NCBI GenBank assembly: GCA_041484665.1
Contig: JBGPIA010000005.1
Span: 1-64,000, forward strand
Origin: Candidatus Krumholzibacteriia bacterium
Lineage (GTDB): Bacteria; Krumholzibacteriota; Krumholzibacteriia; JAJRXK01
Reading direction: 5' to 3'
DNA: 64,000 bases
In this document: in pieces, positions 55,683 through 64,000 of the stretch
How the letters are laid out: each line of letters begins with the position of its first letter
Numbering within the stretch: position 1 is the first letter of the stretch
Notes under the pieces: generated by a model
The model's input: only the letters and a program-made list of their open reading frames with translations
Databases searched by the model: none
Told to the model about the DNA's origin: nothing
Made by a program: the position numbers and the translations under genes

Positions 55683-58600
55683 ATGGATCAAGATCTGGAA
55701 CCGCGCGAGATGGAACTTCCGCCCCCGGGAGCACCGGGGCCGGCGCGAGCGTCCGCGGCGGACACAGTCGGCGCGTCGTGGTCGGAGGCTATCACGATCC
55801 GCGGCGCCCGCCAACACAACCTCAAGAACCTGACGCTGGAGATCCCCAAGGGACGGCTCACCGGGATCAGCGGCGTGTCCGGCTCTGGCAAGTCGTCGCT
55901 CGCCTACGATACGCTCTACGCCGAAGGGCAGCGCTGCTACGTGGAGAGCCTCTCCACCTATGCGCGCCAGTTCCTGGAGCGGCTCGAGAAGCCTGATGTC
56001 GATGCGATCGACGGCATCCAGCCGGCCATTGCGATCCGCCAGCGCAACACCGTCAAGAGCAGTCGCTCCACCGTGGGCACGGCCACGGAGATCTACGACT
56101 ACCTGCGGCTCTTGTTCTCGCGCGTGGGAGAGGTCGTCTGTCTCGATTGCGGCACGCTCGTGCAGCCGGACACCCCCGACGCAGCCGCCGCCACGGCCCT
56201 GCGCCGCTGGCCAGCCGGCGCTCGTCTCCTGGTGACCTTCCCCGCCCGCCCGACGGCGACCCTCCAAGGCGAGGAGCTGGCGCGCCGCCTGATGGCGCAG
56301 GGGTACCTGCGCGCGTGGCTGGACGGCGCGGTCGTGCTGATGGAGGAGGAGCACGCCCGCCTCGCGCGACGTGACGTGCTGGAGGTGGTGGCCGATCGCA
56401 TCGTGCTGGAGGACGCGGCGCGCCTGCGCCTGGCAGAGGGGGTGGAGGCGGCACTGCGTGCCGGCGGGGGGAGCGCCGCGCTGATCGAGCTGGGCAGCGG
56501 GGAGCGCGTGGCGCTGTCGGACCGCATGACCTGCGCGCGCTGCGGGCGCGCCTGGGAGGCACCCACCGCGCAGCTGCTGAGCTTCAACAGCCCGCAAGGG
56601 GCGTGCGCGGCCTGCAACGGGTTCGGCGAGAAGCTGGAGTTCGACGAGCAGCGCATCGTCCGCGACCTCGACCGCACGCTGGCTACCGGCGCCGTCCGGC
56701 CATGGGCCAGCGAGGCGTTCCGCACCGAGTTCCAACGCCTGACCGCTGCCTGCCGGCGCCGCGCGATCCCGCTGGAGGCGGCGTGGCGCAAGCTGCCGCG
56801 CCGCCAGCAGCTCTTCGTCCTGGAGGCAGTGGAGATCGACTTCACCGGCGTGATCCCGTGGCTCGCGTCCATGCGCTCGCATCCCGCCAAGGAGGGGCAT
56901 CGCTTTTACGCGCGGCGCTACATGGCCCGCACGCGCTGCCGGGCGTGCGAAGGCACCCGGCTGCGGCCCGAGGCGCGCGCCGTGCGAGTGCAGGGCCACG
57001 AGATCGGCGCGATCGCCGAGCTGCCGATTCCGCAGGCGCTGGCCGCGCTGGAGGCTCTCACGCTCACGCCCTCGCAGCTGGTGACGGCTGGCGACGTGCT
57101 GCACGAGCTGCTGGCGCGCCTGCGCTTCATGATGGGCATGGGGCTGGGCTACCTCATGCTGGGGCGTGCGAGCCGCACGCTCAGCGGCGGCGAGATGCAG
57201 CGCATCCACCTCAGCAACGCGCTGTCGAGCCGGTTGGTCGAGACCCTGTACGTGCTGGACGAGCCGAGCATCGGCTTGCATCCCGCAGACACCCACCGCC
57301 TGATCCGCAGCCTGCGCGAGCTGGCGGATCTCGGGAACACGGTGGTGGTCGTCGAGCACGATATGGACGTGCTGCGCGCCTGCGATCACCTGATCGATCT
57401 GGGGCCGGAGCCGGGAGCGCGCGGCGGGCACATCCTCTACGCGGGGCCGCCGCCCACGGCGGCCGCCACGACCAGCGCGGGCACCACGACCAGTGCGGCC
57501 GCCGCGACCGGCGCGGGCGCCACGCCGGGCGAGACGGAATCCGCAAGCGCGGCGGCCCGTCCCGCGTCGTTCACCTGTGCCTATCTGACGGGAGCGCGCA
57601 GCGTGCCCCGTCGCGCGCAGCGTCGCACGCCGGGACGTGGGCGCCTGACGCTGGTGCGGGCGCGGCGCCACAACCTCAAGTCCATCGATGCGACGTTTCC
57701 ACTGGGGCTGTTCGTGTGCGTCACGGGCGTGAGCGGCTCGGGCAAGAGCACGCTCGTCACAGAGTTGCTCCATGCCGCTCTCACCGGCCAGATCAGCGGC
57801 GGCGTCGGAGCGCTCCACGGGTTCGATGCGCTGCGTGGCGCCGAGAACGTCGCCCAGACCGTGCTGGTGGACCAGACACCCATCGGGCGCAGCGCACGCA
57901 GCAATCCGGTGACCTACCTGCAAGTGCTTAGTGCGATCCGCGAGTTGCTCGCCGCGACGGCCGAGGCGCGCAAGCGCGGCTGGACAGCGGGTCGCTTCAG
58001 TTTCAATGTGGCCGGCGGCCGCTGTCCCACCTGCCAGGGGATGGGGGAAGTGGTCGTGGAGATGCACTTCATGGCCGACATCACGATGCCCTGCGAGGAC
58101 TGCCGTGGGCGCCGCTTCGAGCCCTCCACCCTCGAGGTGCGCTACCGCGGCCGCAACATCGCCGAGATCCTCGACCTCACGGTGGACGAGGCGATCAACT
58201 TCTTCGGCGACGTGCCTGCGATCGGCAGCAAGCTGTGGCTGCTGCAGCGCGTGGGCCTGGGCTACCTGAAGCTCGGCCAGCCGGCGGGCACCTTGAGCGG
58301 TGGGGAGAGCCAGCGCATCAAGATCGCGCGCGAGCTGCTCGGCGGGCGGAAGGGGCACACGCTCTACGTGCTCGACGAGCCCACCACCGGGCTGCACCCG
58401 GAGGACATCCGCAAGCTGATCCAGGTGCTCGACGACCTCGTGGAGGAGGGGCACACGGTGCTGGTGATCGAGCACAACCTCGACGTGATCAAGAACGCCG
58501 ACTACGTGCTCGATCTGGGACCGGGCGGTGGCCCGGAGGGCGGCGAGATCGTGGTCGCCGGCCCACCGGAGTCACTGCTGGAGAATGAGCGCTCGGTCAC

Positions 58601-58751
58601 GGGCCGCTACCTGCGCGCGGCACTTGGCAACGGCGATGGGAGGGTCGGGACCGCGGGCGATGGGACCGCGGGCGATGGGATCGCGGGCGATGGGACTGCG
58701 AGCGATCGGAGCACGAGCGCCGAGACTGCGGGCGACGGGAGCGCGGCGTGA
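55683..58751 (+). CDS. uvrA: Excinuclease ABC subunit A
   Basis: GARQHNLKN, GVSGSGKSSLA, YAEGQR.YVESLS, zinc fingers, two LSGGE and VLDEP motifs, second GVSGSGKSTL. Confidence 0.96.
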   Translation: MDQDLEPREMELPPPGAPGPARASAADTVGASWSEAITIRGARQHNLKNLTLEIPKGRLTGISGVSGSGKSSLAYDTLYAEGQRCYVESLSTYARQFLERLEKPDVDAIDGIQPAIAIRQRNTVKSSRSTVGTATEIYDYLRLLFSRVGEVVCLDCGTLVQPDTPDAAAATALRRWPAGARLLVTFPARPTATLQGEELARRLMAQGYLRAWLDGAVVLMEEEHARLARRDVLEVVADRIVLEDAARLRLAEGVEAALRAGGGSAALIELGSGERVALSDRMTCARCGRAWEAPTAQLLSFNSPQGACAACNGFGEKLEFDEQRIVRDLDRTLATGAVRPWASEAFRTEFQRLTAACRRRAIPLEAAWRKLPRRQQLFVLEAVEIDFTGVIPWLASMRSHPAKEGHRFYARRYMARTRCRACEGTRLRPEARAVRVQGHEIGAIAELPIPQALAALEALTLTPSQLVTAGDVLHELLARLRFMMGMGLGYLMLGRASRTLSGGEMQRIHLSNALSSRLVETLYVLDEPSIGLHPADTHRLIRSLRELADLGNTVVVVEHDMDVLRACDHLIDLGPEPGARGGHILYAGPPPTAAATTSAGTTTSAAAATGAGATPGETESASAAARPASFTCAYLTGARSVPRRAQRRTPGRGRLTLVRARRHNLKSIDATFPLGLFVCVTGVSGSGKSTLVTELLHAALTGQISGGVGALHGFDALRGAENVAQTVLVDQTPIGRSARSNPVTYLQVLSAIRELLAATAEARKRGWTAGRFSFNVAGGRCPTCQGMGEVVVEMHFMADITMPCEDCRGRRFEPSTLEVRYRGRNIAEILDLTVDEAINFFGDVPAIGSKLWLLQRVGLGYLKLGQPAGTLSGGESQRIKIARELLGGRKGHTLYVLDEPTTGLHPEDIRKLIQVLDDLVEEGHTVLVIEHNLDVIKNADYVLDLGPGGGPEGGEIVVAGPPESLLENERSVTGRYLRAALGNGDGRVGTAGDGTAGDGIAGDGTASDRSTSAETAGDGSAA

Positions 58752-59716
58752 GGGTACTGGTCACCGGCGGCGCGGGCTACATCGGCTCGGTCACCTCCGC
58801 GCACCTGATCGAGCGCGGGCACGAGGTGGTGGTGCTCGATGATCTTAGCACCGGGCACCGGCCGGCCGTCCCCGCCGGAGCGCGCTTCGCGCACGGGCGC
58901 GTGCAAGACGCCGAAGTCCTCGGCCACGCGCTGGCGGGCGCGGACGCGGTGATCCACTTCGCCTCCCTCAGCCTCGTGGCCGAGTCGACGGAGCAGCCCT
59001 TGCGCTACTTTCGCGAGAACGTCGGCGCGGCGCTGGCGCTGCTTGCCGGGATGGAGCGGGCGGGCGTGCGACGCCTGGTCTTCAGCAGCAGTGCGGCGGT
59101 CTACGGTGAGCCAGACGTCGACGTCATCGACGAGGAGTCCGCCATTGCGCCGGTCAACCCGTACGGTCACAGCAAGGCGATGGTCGAGCGCATCCTTGCC
59201 GAGCAGGCGCGCGCGGCCGGGCTGGCCGCTGTCAGCTTGCGCTACTTCAACGCCGCCGGCGCCGACGGTCCGCGCGGCGAGGACCACACGCCCGAGACGC
59301 ACCTCATCCCGCGCCTGTGCTGTGCGATGCTGGGCCGCCTCGACGGTTTCGTGATCCATGGCGACGACTATGCGACGCCCGACGCCACCGCGATCCGCGA
59401 CTACGTGCACGTTTTGGACCTGGCGTCGGCGCACGCGCTGGCGCTGGGGCCGCTCGACCGGCCGGGCTACGAACGGATCAATCTCGGTACCGGGCACGGC
59501 TGCAGCGTGCGCGAGGTGATCGCTGCGGCGGCGGAGGTCCTCGGTCGCTCCTTCACGCCCAGGGTGGGCCCGCGTCGCGCGGGGGACCCTCCGCGCCTGG
59601 TTGCCAGCTGTGAACGCGCCCGCGCGCGCTTGGGCTGGGCACCGCAGCACGATCTGCTGCGCATCCTGCAGGACGCATATCGCTGGCACTGCGAGCATCC
59701 CTCCGGCTTTCGCTGA
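58748..59716 (+). CDS. galE: UDP-glucose 4-epimerase
   Basis: VTGGAGYIGS, FSSSAAVYG, PYGHSK, LRYFNAAGA, ETHLIP, RDYVHVLDLA. Confidence 0.95.
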   Translation: MRVLVTGGAGYIGSVTSAHLIERGHEVVVLDDLSTGHRPAVPAGARFAHGRVQDAEVLGHALAGADAVIHFASLSLVAESTEQPLRYFRENVGAALALLAGMERAGVRRLVFSSSAAVYGEPDVDVIDEESAIAPVNPYGHSKAMVERILAEQARAAGLAAVSLRYFNAAGADGPRGEDHTPETHLIPRLCCAMLGRLDGFVIHGDDYATPDATAIRDYVHVLDLASAHALALGPLDRPGYERINLGTGHGCSVREVIAAAAEVLGRSFTPRVGPRRAGDPPRLVASCERARARLGWAPQHDLLRILQDAYRWHCEHPSGFR

Positions 59717-60024
59717 ACCCCGCAGCGCCGGCGCAGGCGGCTTGGCCCTGGAAGCGGGGCGGCAGGATTTTCCCCACAGCAGGTCGAAACCGTCGGTGCT
59801 GCCGCGCCAGCGCGGGGGTGGAGCGGGCGCGCCGCGCACTCCGGCGGGCGGAGCGCGTCGTGCGCGGGGGCCCCACGAGCGCGCTTGCGGCGGCCGCTCG
59901 AGCCGGCGCAGGCGGTTGTTGCGGCCCCTCCCTGACCGGCCGGCGTGGCTGCGCTTCGGGCCGTCACGGGACCCAGCGCTGGCACCACGGTTGCGTGCCC
60001 GCCGGCGGAGGTGAAGCGACGACC

Positions 60025-61788
60025 ATGGACCGGGACGCGCTCGCGCGGCTCGCCGAGCACCTGCAAGAGGGACTGATCCTGCTGGGACCGCGCCTGGAGG
60101 TGCGCGTCTGCAACCGAGCCGCGCTGCGCCTGCTGCGCCTGGGTGGAGCGAGGCCGGTGAGCCTGCAGGACGTCCAGGAGCGCAGCGGCGCGGCGCTGTG
60201 CCCGCTGGTCGACGAAGTCCTGCGCACGGGGCGCGATCTGCGCGACCAGGATCTGCGCATGGAGGGAACCCACACCCCCCGCCTGCGCGCCGACGCGCTC
60301 GTGGCCGGTAGGGGACGCGCGGGACTGCTGCTCCTCGTGCGGGAGGCTGGCCTGCCCGAGGCCGAGCAGCTCGACCTGCTCAGCGATGTCTCTCACGAGC
60401 TGCGCTCGCCCTTGACCAGTCTCTCCACGGCGCTGGAGTTGGTGCTGGCCGGCGAGGCCGGCCCCGTCAGCTCCGAGCAGGGGCGACTCCTGCGCCTGAG
60501 CGAGCGTGCCACCGAGCGCATGCAGCGGATGGTCGAAGGGGTCCTCGACCTCGCCCGCCAGCGATGCGGGCGTCTCGTTCTGGCGCGGCGCACGATGGAG
60601 CTGTCCGAACTCCTTCCATCCCTGATGGAGCAAGCTGCCCTCGTCGCACAGCGCGGAGGCCGCACGCTGCACTACAGCGGCGAGGCAGCGGCCCTGGCCC
60701 ATGTGGATCCCGACCGCTTCTCGCAGGTCGTGGACAATCTCGTGGGCAACGCCTTGAAATTCACCCCGGCCGGCGGGCATGTCACCGTGACGGCGCGTGC
60801 GCAGCGGCCCGCCGCGGACACGGGGCTGGTGCGCCTGGGCCAAGCACTAGGCCTGCAGCCACTCGGCGCGCTGGTGACCGTCCAGGACGACGGTCCTGGG
60901 ATGGAGCGGTACACGCGCGAACGTGCGTTTGCGCGCTACTTCCAGGGGCAGGCGCCGCAGGGTGGCCGCTGCCGTGGTGCCGGCCTGGGGCTGGCCATCG
61001 CCGACGCGCTGGTGCGCGCCCATGACGGGACGATCGCATTGGAGAGCGCGCCGGGCGCGGGCACAACGTTTAGCGTTTGGGTTCCCGCCGACGAGTCTGT
61101 GGCGCGGATGGTGGGTGCGGTGCGCGCCGCGGAGGAGGTCTTGGCCCGGGCTGATGCCGGGGATGCTCTGCCTTTGATCCTGGTAGTGGAGTGTCTGGGA
61201 ACCGCCGGCGCCGACGCCGGGACAGGCCTGGAGCACATCCGTGCCGACCTGGAGCGCGACTTAGCGCGCGGGCGCTGGATCGCCGCCCTCACCGAGCACA
61301 TCGGGGTGATCGCGCTCCCCGCCGCGGCGGGATCCCCGGACGCGGCCTCAGGCGCGCTGGGGGACGCCCTGGGGGAGGTATCGGGGGCCGCCTCGGGGGC
61401 CGCCTCGGGGGGCGCCTCGGCACACGCCTCGGGGGGCGCCCCAGGGGCTGCCGCGGGGGGTGCATCGGGGCACGCACACGGGGGCGCGGACGCGGGGGCG
61501 CTCGCCGGCGAGATCCTGGGCGTTCCGTGGGATTCCATCGGGGGCTCCGCGTGGGGAGCCGCGGCCAGGACAGACCCCCGGGGGTGGGGGCCAGCCGAGG
61601 CGGCAGGGCCCAGTCTGCGAGCCGGGTGGGCGCTCTTCCCGGCCGACGGCGCGGACGCGGGCACGCTGCTTGCCGTGGCAGTGGGACGAGCGCGCGCCCT
61701 CCGGGCGGCCAGCGCACGCGACCCGGTCCCGGCCGCCTGCAAGGAGGAAGGCCTTGAGCGATCGACCCAAGCTGCTGATCGTCGATGA
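60025..61788 (+). CDS. Cytoplasmic sensor histidine kinase (PAS-like, HisKA, HATPase, degenerate C-domain)
   Basis: GGAGG RBS; VSHELRSPLT, NLVGNALKFT, DDGPG, GAGLGLAI, GAGTTF. Confidence 0.92.
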   Translation: MDRDALARLAEHLQEGLILLGPRLEVRVCNRAALRLLRLGGARPVSLQDVQERSGAALCPLVDEVLRTGRDLRDQDLRMEGTHTPRLRADALVAGRGRAGLLLLVREAGLPEAEQLDLLSDVSHELRSPLTSLSTALELVLAGEAGPVSSEQGRLLRLSERATERMQRMVEGVLDLARQRCGRLVLARRTMELSELLPSLMEQAALVAQRGGRTLHYSGEAAALAHVDPDRFSQVVDNLVGNALKFTPAGGHVTVTARAQRPAADTGLVRLGQALGLQPLGALVTVQDDGPGMERYTRERAFARYFQGQAPQGGRCRGAGLGLAIADALVRAHDGTIALESAPGAGTTFSVWVPADESVARMVGAVRAAEEVLARADAGDALPLILVVECLGTAGADAGTGLEHIRADLERDLARGRWIAALTEHIGVIALPAAAGSPDAASGALGDALGEVSGAASGAASGGASAHASGGAPGAAAGGASGHAHGGADAGALAGEILGVPWDSIGGSAWGAAARTDPRGWGPAEAAGPSLRAGWALFPADGADAGTLLAVAVGRARALRAASARDPVPAACKEEGLERSTQAADRR

Positions 61789-62173
61789 CGAGCCTGACAT
61801 CCTCGAGACGCTCGACTTCGCGCTGCGACGCCGGGGCTTCGACGTACGCACTGCTGCCGACGGGATCCAGGGACTCAATGCCGCCAAGGCGGACCCGCCG
61901 GACCTGTTGCTGCTGGACGTGATGCTGCCCGGGTGCAACGGCTACGAGGTCTCGCGACAGCTCAAGGACTGGATGGCGAGCGCGCCGGCCGCACGGACGT
62001 TCCCGATCCTGCTGTTGACCGCGCGCAAATTGAATCTGCAGGTGCGCGAGGAGTTCGTCGCCACCTGGTCGCGCGCCGAGGGTGTGCTCTACAAGCCCTT
62101 CGAGATCGACGTCCTAGTCGCACGCATCCGCGAGCTGCTCGCGGAGCGGCCGGCGATGCACGCACTCAGCTGA
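61754..62173 (+). CDS. Single-domain response regulator
   Basis: AAGGAGG RBS before TTG; LIVDDE, LLDVMLPGCNGYEV, LLTA, KPF. Confidence 0.92.
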   Translation: MSDRPKLLIVDDEPDILETLDFALRRRGFDVRTAADGIQGLNAAKADPPDLLLLDVMLPGCNGYEVSRQLKDWMASAPAARTFPILLLTARKLNLQVREEFVATWSRAEGVLYKPFEIDVLVARIRELLAERPAMHALS

Positions 62174-62471
62174 GCGGCGCAACGCTCCCCCGCGAGGCAC
62201 TCTGGGGGAAACCGAGCGCAATCACCACTCCCAGCGCGGACATTGGAGATGCATCCGCCCTTGCCCACACGGGCATCCCGGGCGCAACTGTCACAGCCCG
62301 CGCGGGCCTCGCCGGTGCAACGGGCGCGACCGGGGTGGTCGGCTTGACATCCTGTGTGGGGTGCTTGATATTCACGCACCGGTCCTCGATGCGACGCAAC
62401 GCGGCGATCGCGGCTGTGCGCTCCAGGCAAGCGCGGCTGCGGCGTTGCCGGCGCGCGTCGTGCGGTGCGGT

Positions 62472-62547
62472 GCGAAGGTAGCTCAGTCGGTAGAGCAACG
62501 GACTGAAAATCCGTGGGTCGTGGGTTCAATTCCCTCCCTTCGCACCA
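62472..62547 (+). tRNA. tRNA-Phe (GAA)
   Basis: Acceptor GCGAAGG/CCTTCGC, anticodon arm ACGGA-CTGAAAA-TCCGT, TTCAATT T-loop, CCA. Confidence 0.96.
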
Positions 62548-62887
62548 GCCCTCCTGTTCCTCCCACGTTCTCATCGTGAATCGCTCAGTCCGTCCAGCGG
62601 GCGGTCTCGTGGACCGCGGCGGCGGTTGGCCGGGCGCTCGCGGTCACCTCATTTTCTCACCGGCCCGAGTTCGAGTGGATGCGAGAGCGCCCAGCGAGCG
62701 CGCACTCCGAGCGCACGCAGCGAGCGCGCATCCCTTGCGCTTCTGCACTTCCCGCAACAGCGCCCAGCACTGAGAAGGGCAACGGTGCGCTGCTCTCGAC
62801 GTGCAAACAGCACGCAGGGAAACTCGCGAGGCCGGGCCTCGGGACGGGGCAAAGGCCTTCGAGCATCTGCTACGGCAGGATAGTCCA

Positions 62888-62910
62888 TTTAATTGTATAA
62901 GCCAACTATT
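62888..62910. promoter_or_regulatory. Operator-like box, copy 1 (at the marR 3' end)
   Basis: TTTAATTGTATAAGCCAACTATT, 21/23 identical to 63431-63453. Confidence 0.65.
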
Positions 62911-63424
62911 CGTTGAACCAATTAACCTCTCCGTCCTCCGGCCGGAGGCTACGGAGGGCGTCCACGGGCAGGTAACTGTCGCTCCAACGGCCGGCTGCCC
63001 GCGCCAGCTGCTCGAGGCTGCGAACGCACGCTTCGCGCTCGGAGGGGCGCAACCGCAGCAGCATCTGGGCGGAGGCGTGCTCGAGCGAGGACAGCAGCTC
63101 ACGGCAGACCTCTTCCCCGTGGCGGGTCAGGCCCACCTGCAGGGAGCGGCGATCGCGAGGAGCGCTCCGGCGGCGGACAAGTCCTTTCTTTTCAAGCAGA
63201 TCAACCACGCGCGTGGCAGTGCTGCGGGTCACCCGCAGCCGCTCGGCAAGGGCGTGCATCGGCTGCGCGCCCTCGTCCAGGAGCATCCGCACGGTGTGCC
63301 ATTGCGTGGGGCTGAGCCCATGATCAGCGCAGCAGGCGCGGTCCCTCAGTTGGAGGGCTCGCAGCAGTACCTGGGCGGCCTCGAGGAACTGCTCGGACAA
63401 GCGGTGAGACGACGTCGTGGTCAT
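62906..63424 (-). CDS. MarR-family regulator with vicinal Cys-Cys
   Basis: RACCADHGLSPTQW, LAERLRVTRSTATRVVDLLEKKGLVRR..DRR..LTRHG. Confidence 0.92.
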   Translation of the reverse strand: MTTTSSHRLSEQFLEAAQVLLRALQLRDRACCADHGLSPTQWHTVRMLLDEGAQPMHALAERLRVTRSTATRVVDLLEKKGLVRRRSAPRDRRSLQVGLTRHGEEVCRELLSSLEHASAQMLLRLRPSEREACVRSLEQLARAAGRWSDSYLPVDALRSLRPEDGEVNWFNE

Positions 63425-63430
63425 GGCCGT

Positions 63431-63453
63431 TTTAATTGTATATACCAACTATT
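63431..63453. promoter_or_regulatory. Operator-like box, copy 2, overlapping the marR -10 (TACAAT)
   Basis: TTTAATTGTATATACCAACTATT; imperfect palindrome TAATTG-N7-CAACTA; minus-strand TTGTCT-N18-TACAAT. Confidence 0.7.
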
Positions 63454-63523
63454 GTCTAAGACAAGTGTTTCTCGTGGTACCGACTCGCTGGACACGATCC
63501 ACAGCTTTGCGCGCTTGCGTCCC

Positions 63524-63551
63524 TTGACACGCGAGATCGATGAGGTAAACT
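63524..63551 (+). promoter_or_regulatory. Promoter of tRNA-Thr
   Basis: TTGACA-N16-TAAACT. Confidence 0.65.
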
Positions 63552-63612
63552 GGCTCACGGCGACGACGGTGCCTCATCAGCATCGGCTTCCGTCTTCCGC
63601 GGCTTCGCGGGC

Positions 63613-63688
63613 GCTGGTGTAGCTCAGTTGGTAGAGCAGCTCATTCGTAATGAGCAGGTCTGGGGTTCAAGTCCCCACACCAGCTCCA
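63613..63688 (+). tRNA. tRNA-Thr (CGT)
   Basis: Acceptor GCTGGTG/CACCAGC, anticodon arm GCTCA-TTCGTAA-TGAGC, TTCAAGT T-loop, CCA. Confidence 0.97.
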
Positions 63689-63754
63689 TTCCTCTGCGGC
63701 GTGCGCGCCGAGCGTGCGTCACGGAAGCGAACGCGAAGTCGGGAATGTCGTCGG

Positions 63755-63783
63755 AAGGGGCCCTGCAGCCTGGGCCCCTTTCC
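63755..63783 (+). terminator. Probable terminator after tRNA-Thr
   Basis: AAGGGGCCC-TGCAGCCT-GGGCCCCTT followed by TCC. Confidence 0.5.
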
Positions 63784-63892
63784 TGCATCTAGGAGTTTCC
63801 CTCACAGTGATGGTCGAGACGGCGCGTCGTCGTGCGCCCGGCATCGTCGTGCTGACTGTGCCGCCGATTCTCTCGGCCGGCTTCGTTGCGCA

Positions 63893-64000
63893 ATGAGTCT
63901 GAAGATCAGCGTCTCGGGCATGCGTGGCATCGTGGGCGAGGACCTCGATGCGGAGGTCGCCGTGCGCCTGGCGAGCGCGTTCGGCGGATGGCTACCGCAG
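63893..64000 (+). CDS. Phosphohexomutase (GlmM/PMM-like), 3'-truncated
   Basis: MSLKISVSGMRGIVGEDL..AFG is a typical alpha-D-phosphohexomutase N-terminus; it runs off the window. Confidence 0.8.
   Translation, partial: MSLKISVSGMRGIVGEDLDAEVAVRLASAFGGWLPQ

Noticed and set aside
55569..58475. Apparent giant N-terminal fusion to MazG (1313-aa ORF)
   Set aside because: The upstream part is the antisense of uvrA; MazG has its own RBS and GTG at 55568.
62649..62888. 79-aa minus-strand ORF after marR
   Set aside because: No RBS, the ATG is only 3 nt from the -10, and the composition resembles non-coding GC-rich DNA; not called as a CDS.

Overview
This is a very GC-rich chromosomal segment from a diderm (LPS-making) bacterium. 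By inference from the FlgD-Ig/T9SS-like C-termini, a gingipain-family C25 protease and short S[WF]GxxKxx[YF] tails, it probably belongs to an FCB-related candidate lineage such as Krumholzibacteriota, Latescibacterota or Eisenbacteria; this was not verified. In order, the window contains: four tandem paralogous secreted proteins; a PorU-like C25 peptidase; a peptidoglycan-recycling operon (murQ-anmK-spoIID-like-nagZ); tRNA-Asp; a glycogen operon built on GH57 enzymes (glgC, three GH57s and an extended glgA fusion); two beta-barrel OMPs; xdhC/mocA; a desaturase; rpmB; a CPBP protease; two secreted enzymes; aroF; a PP2C phosphatase; ccsA-hemA-hemD; a GT-C-like membrane protein; queE-queC; a radical SAM protein; waaA and a GT9; two CNNM proteins; two XRE-cupin regulators; DUF1844; a TSP3-repeat OMP; mazG; uvrA; galE; a two-component pair; tRNA-Phe; marR; tRNA-Thr; and the start of a phosphohexomutase. 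No integrase, transposase or CRISPR array was seen. The best leads are: (1) a conserved ~10-aa C-terminal motif on five secreted proteins beside a sortase-like C25 protease, a candidate undescribed protein-sorting signal; (2) a complete Trp/Phe leader-peptide attenuator upstream of aroF; (3) a GlgA fused to a histone-like N-tail and a DUF4912-like C-domain; (4) a Cys-Cys MarR gene flanked by two copies of a 23-bp operator-like box; (5) pervasive in-frame tandem-repeat insertions in housekeeping proteins. All family calls come from motif recognition by eye, not from database searches.
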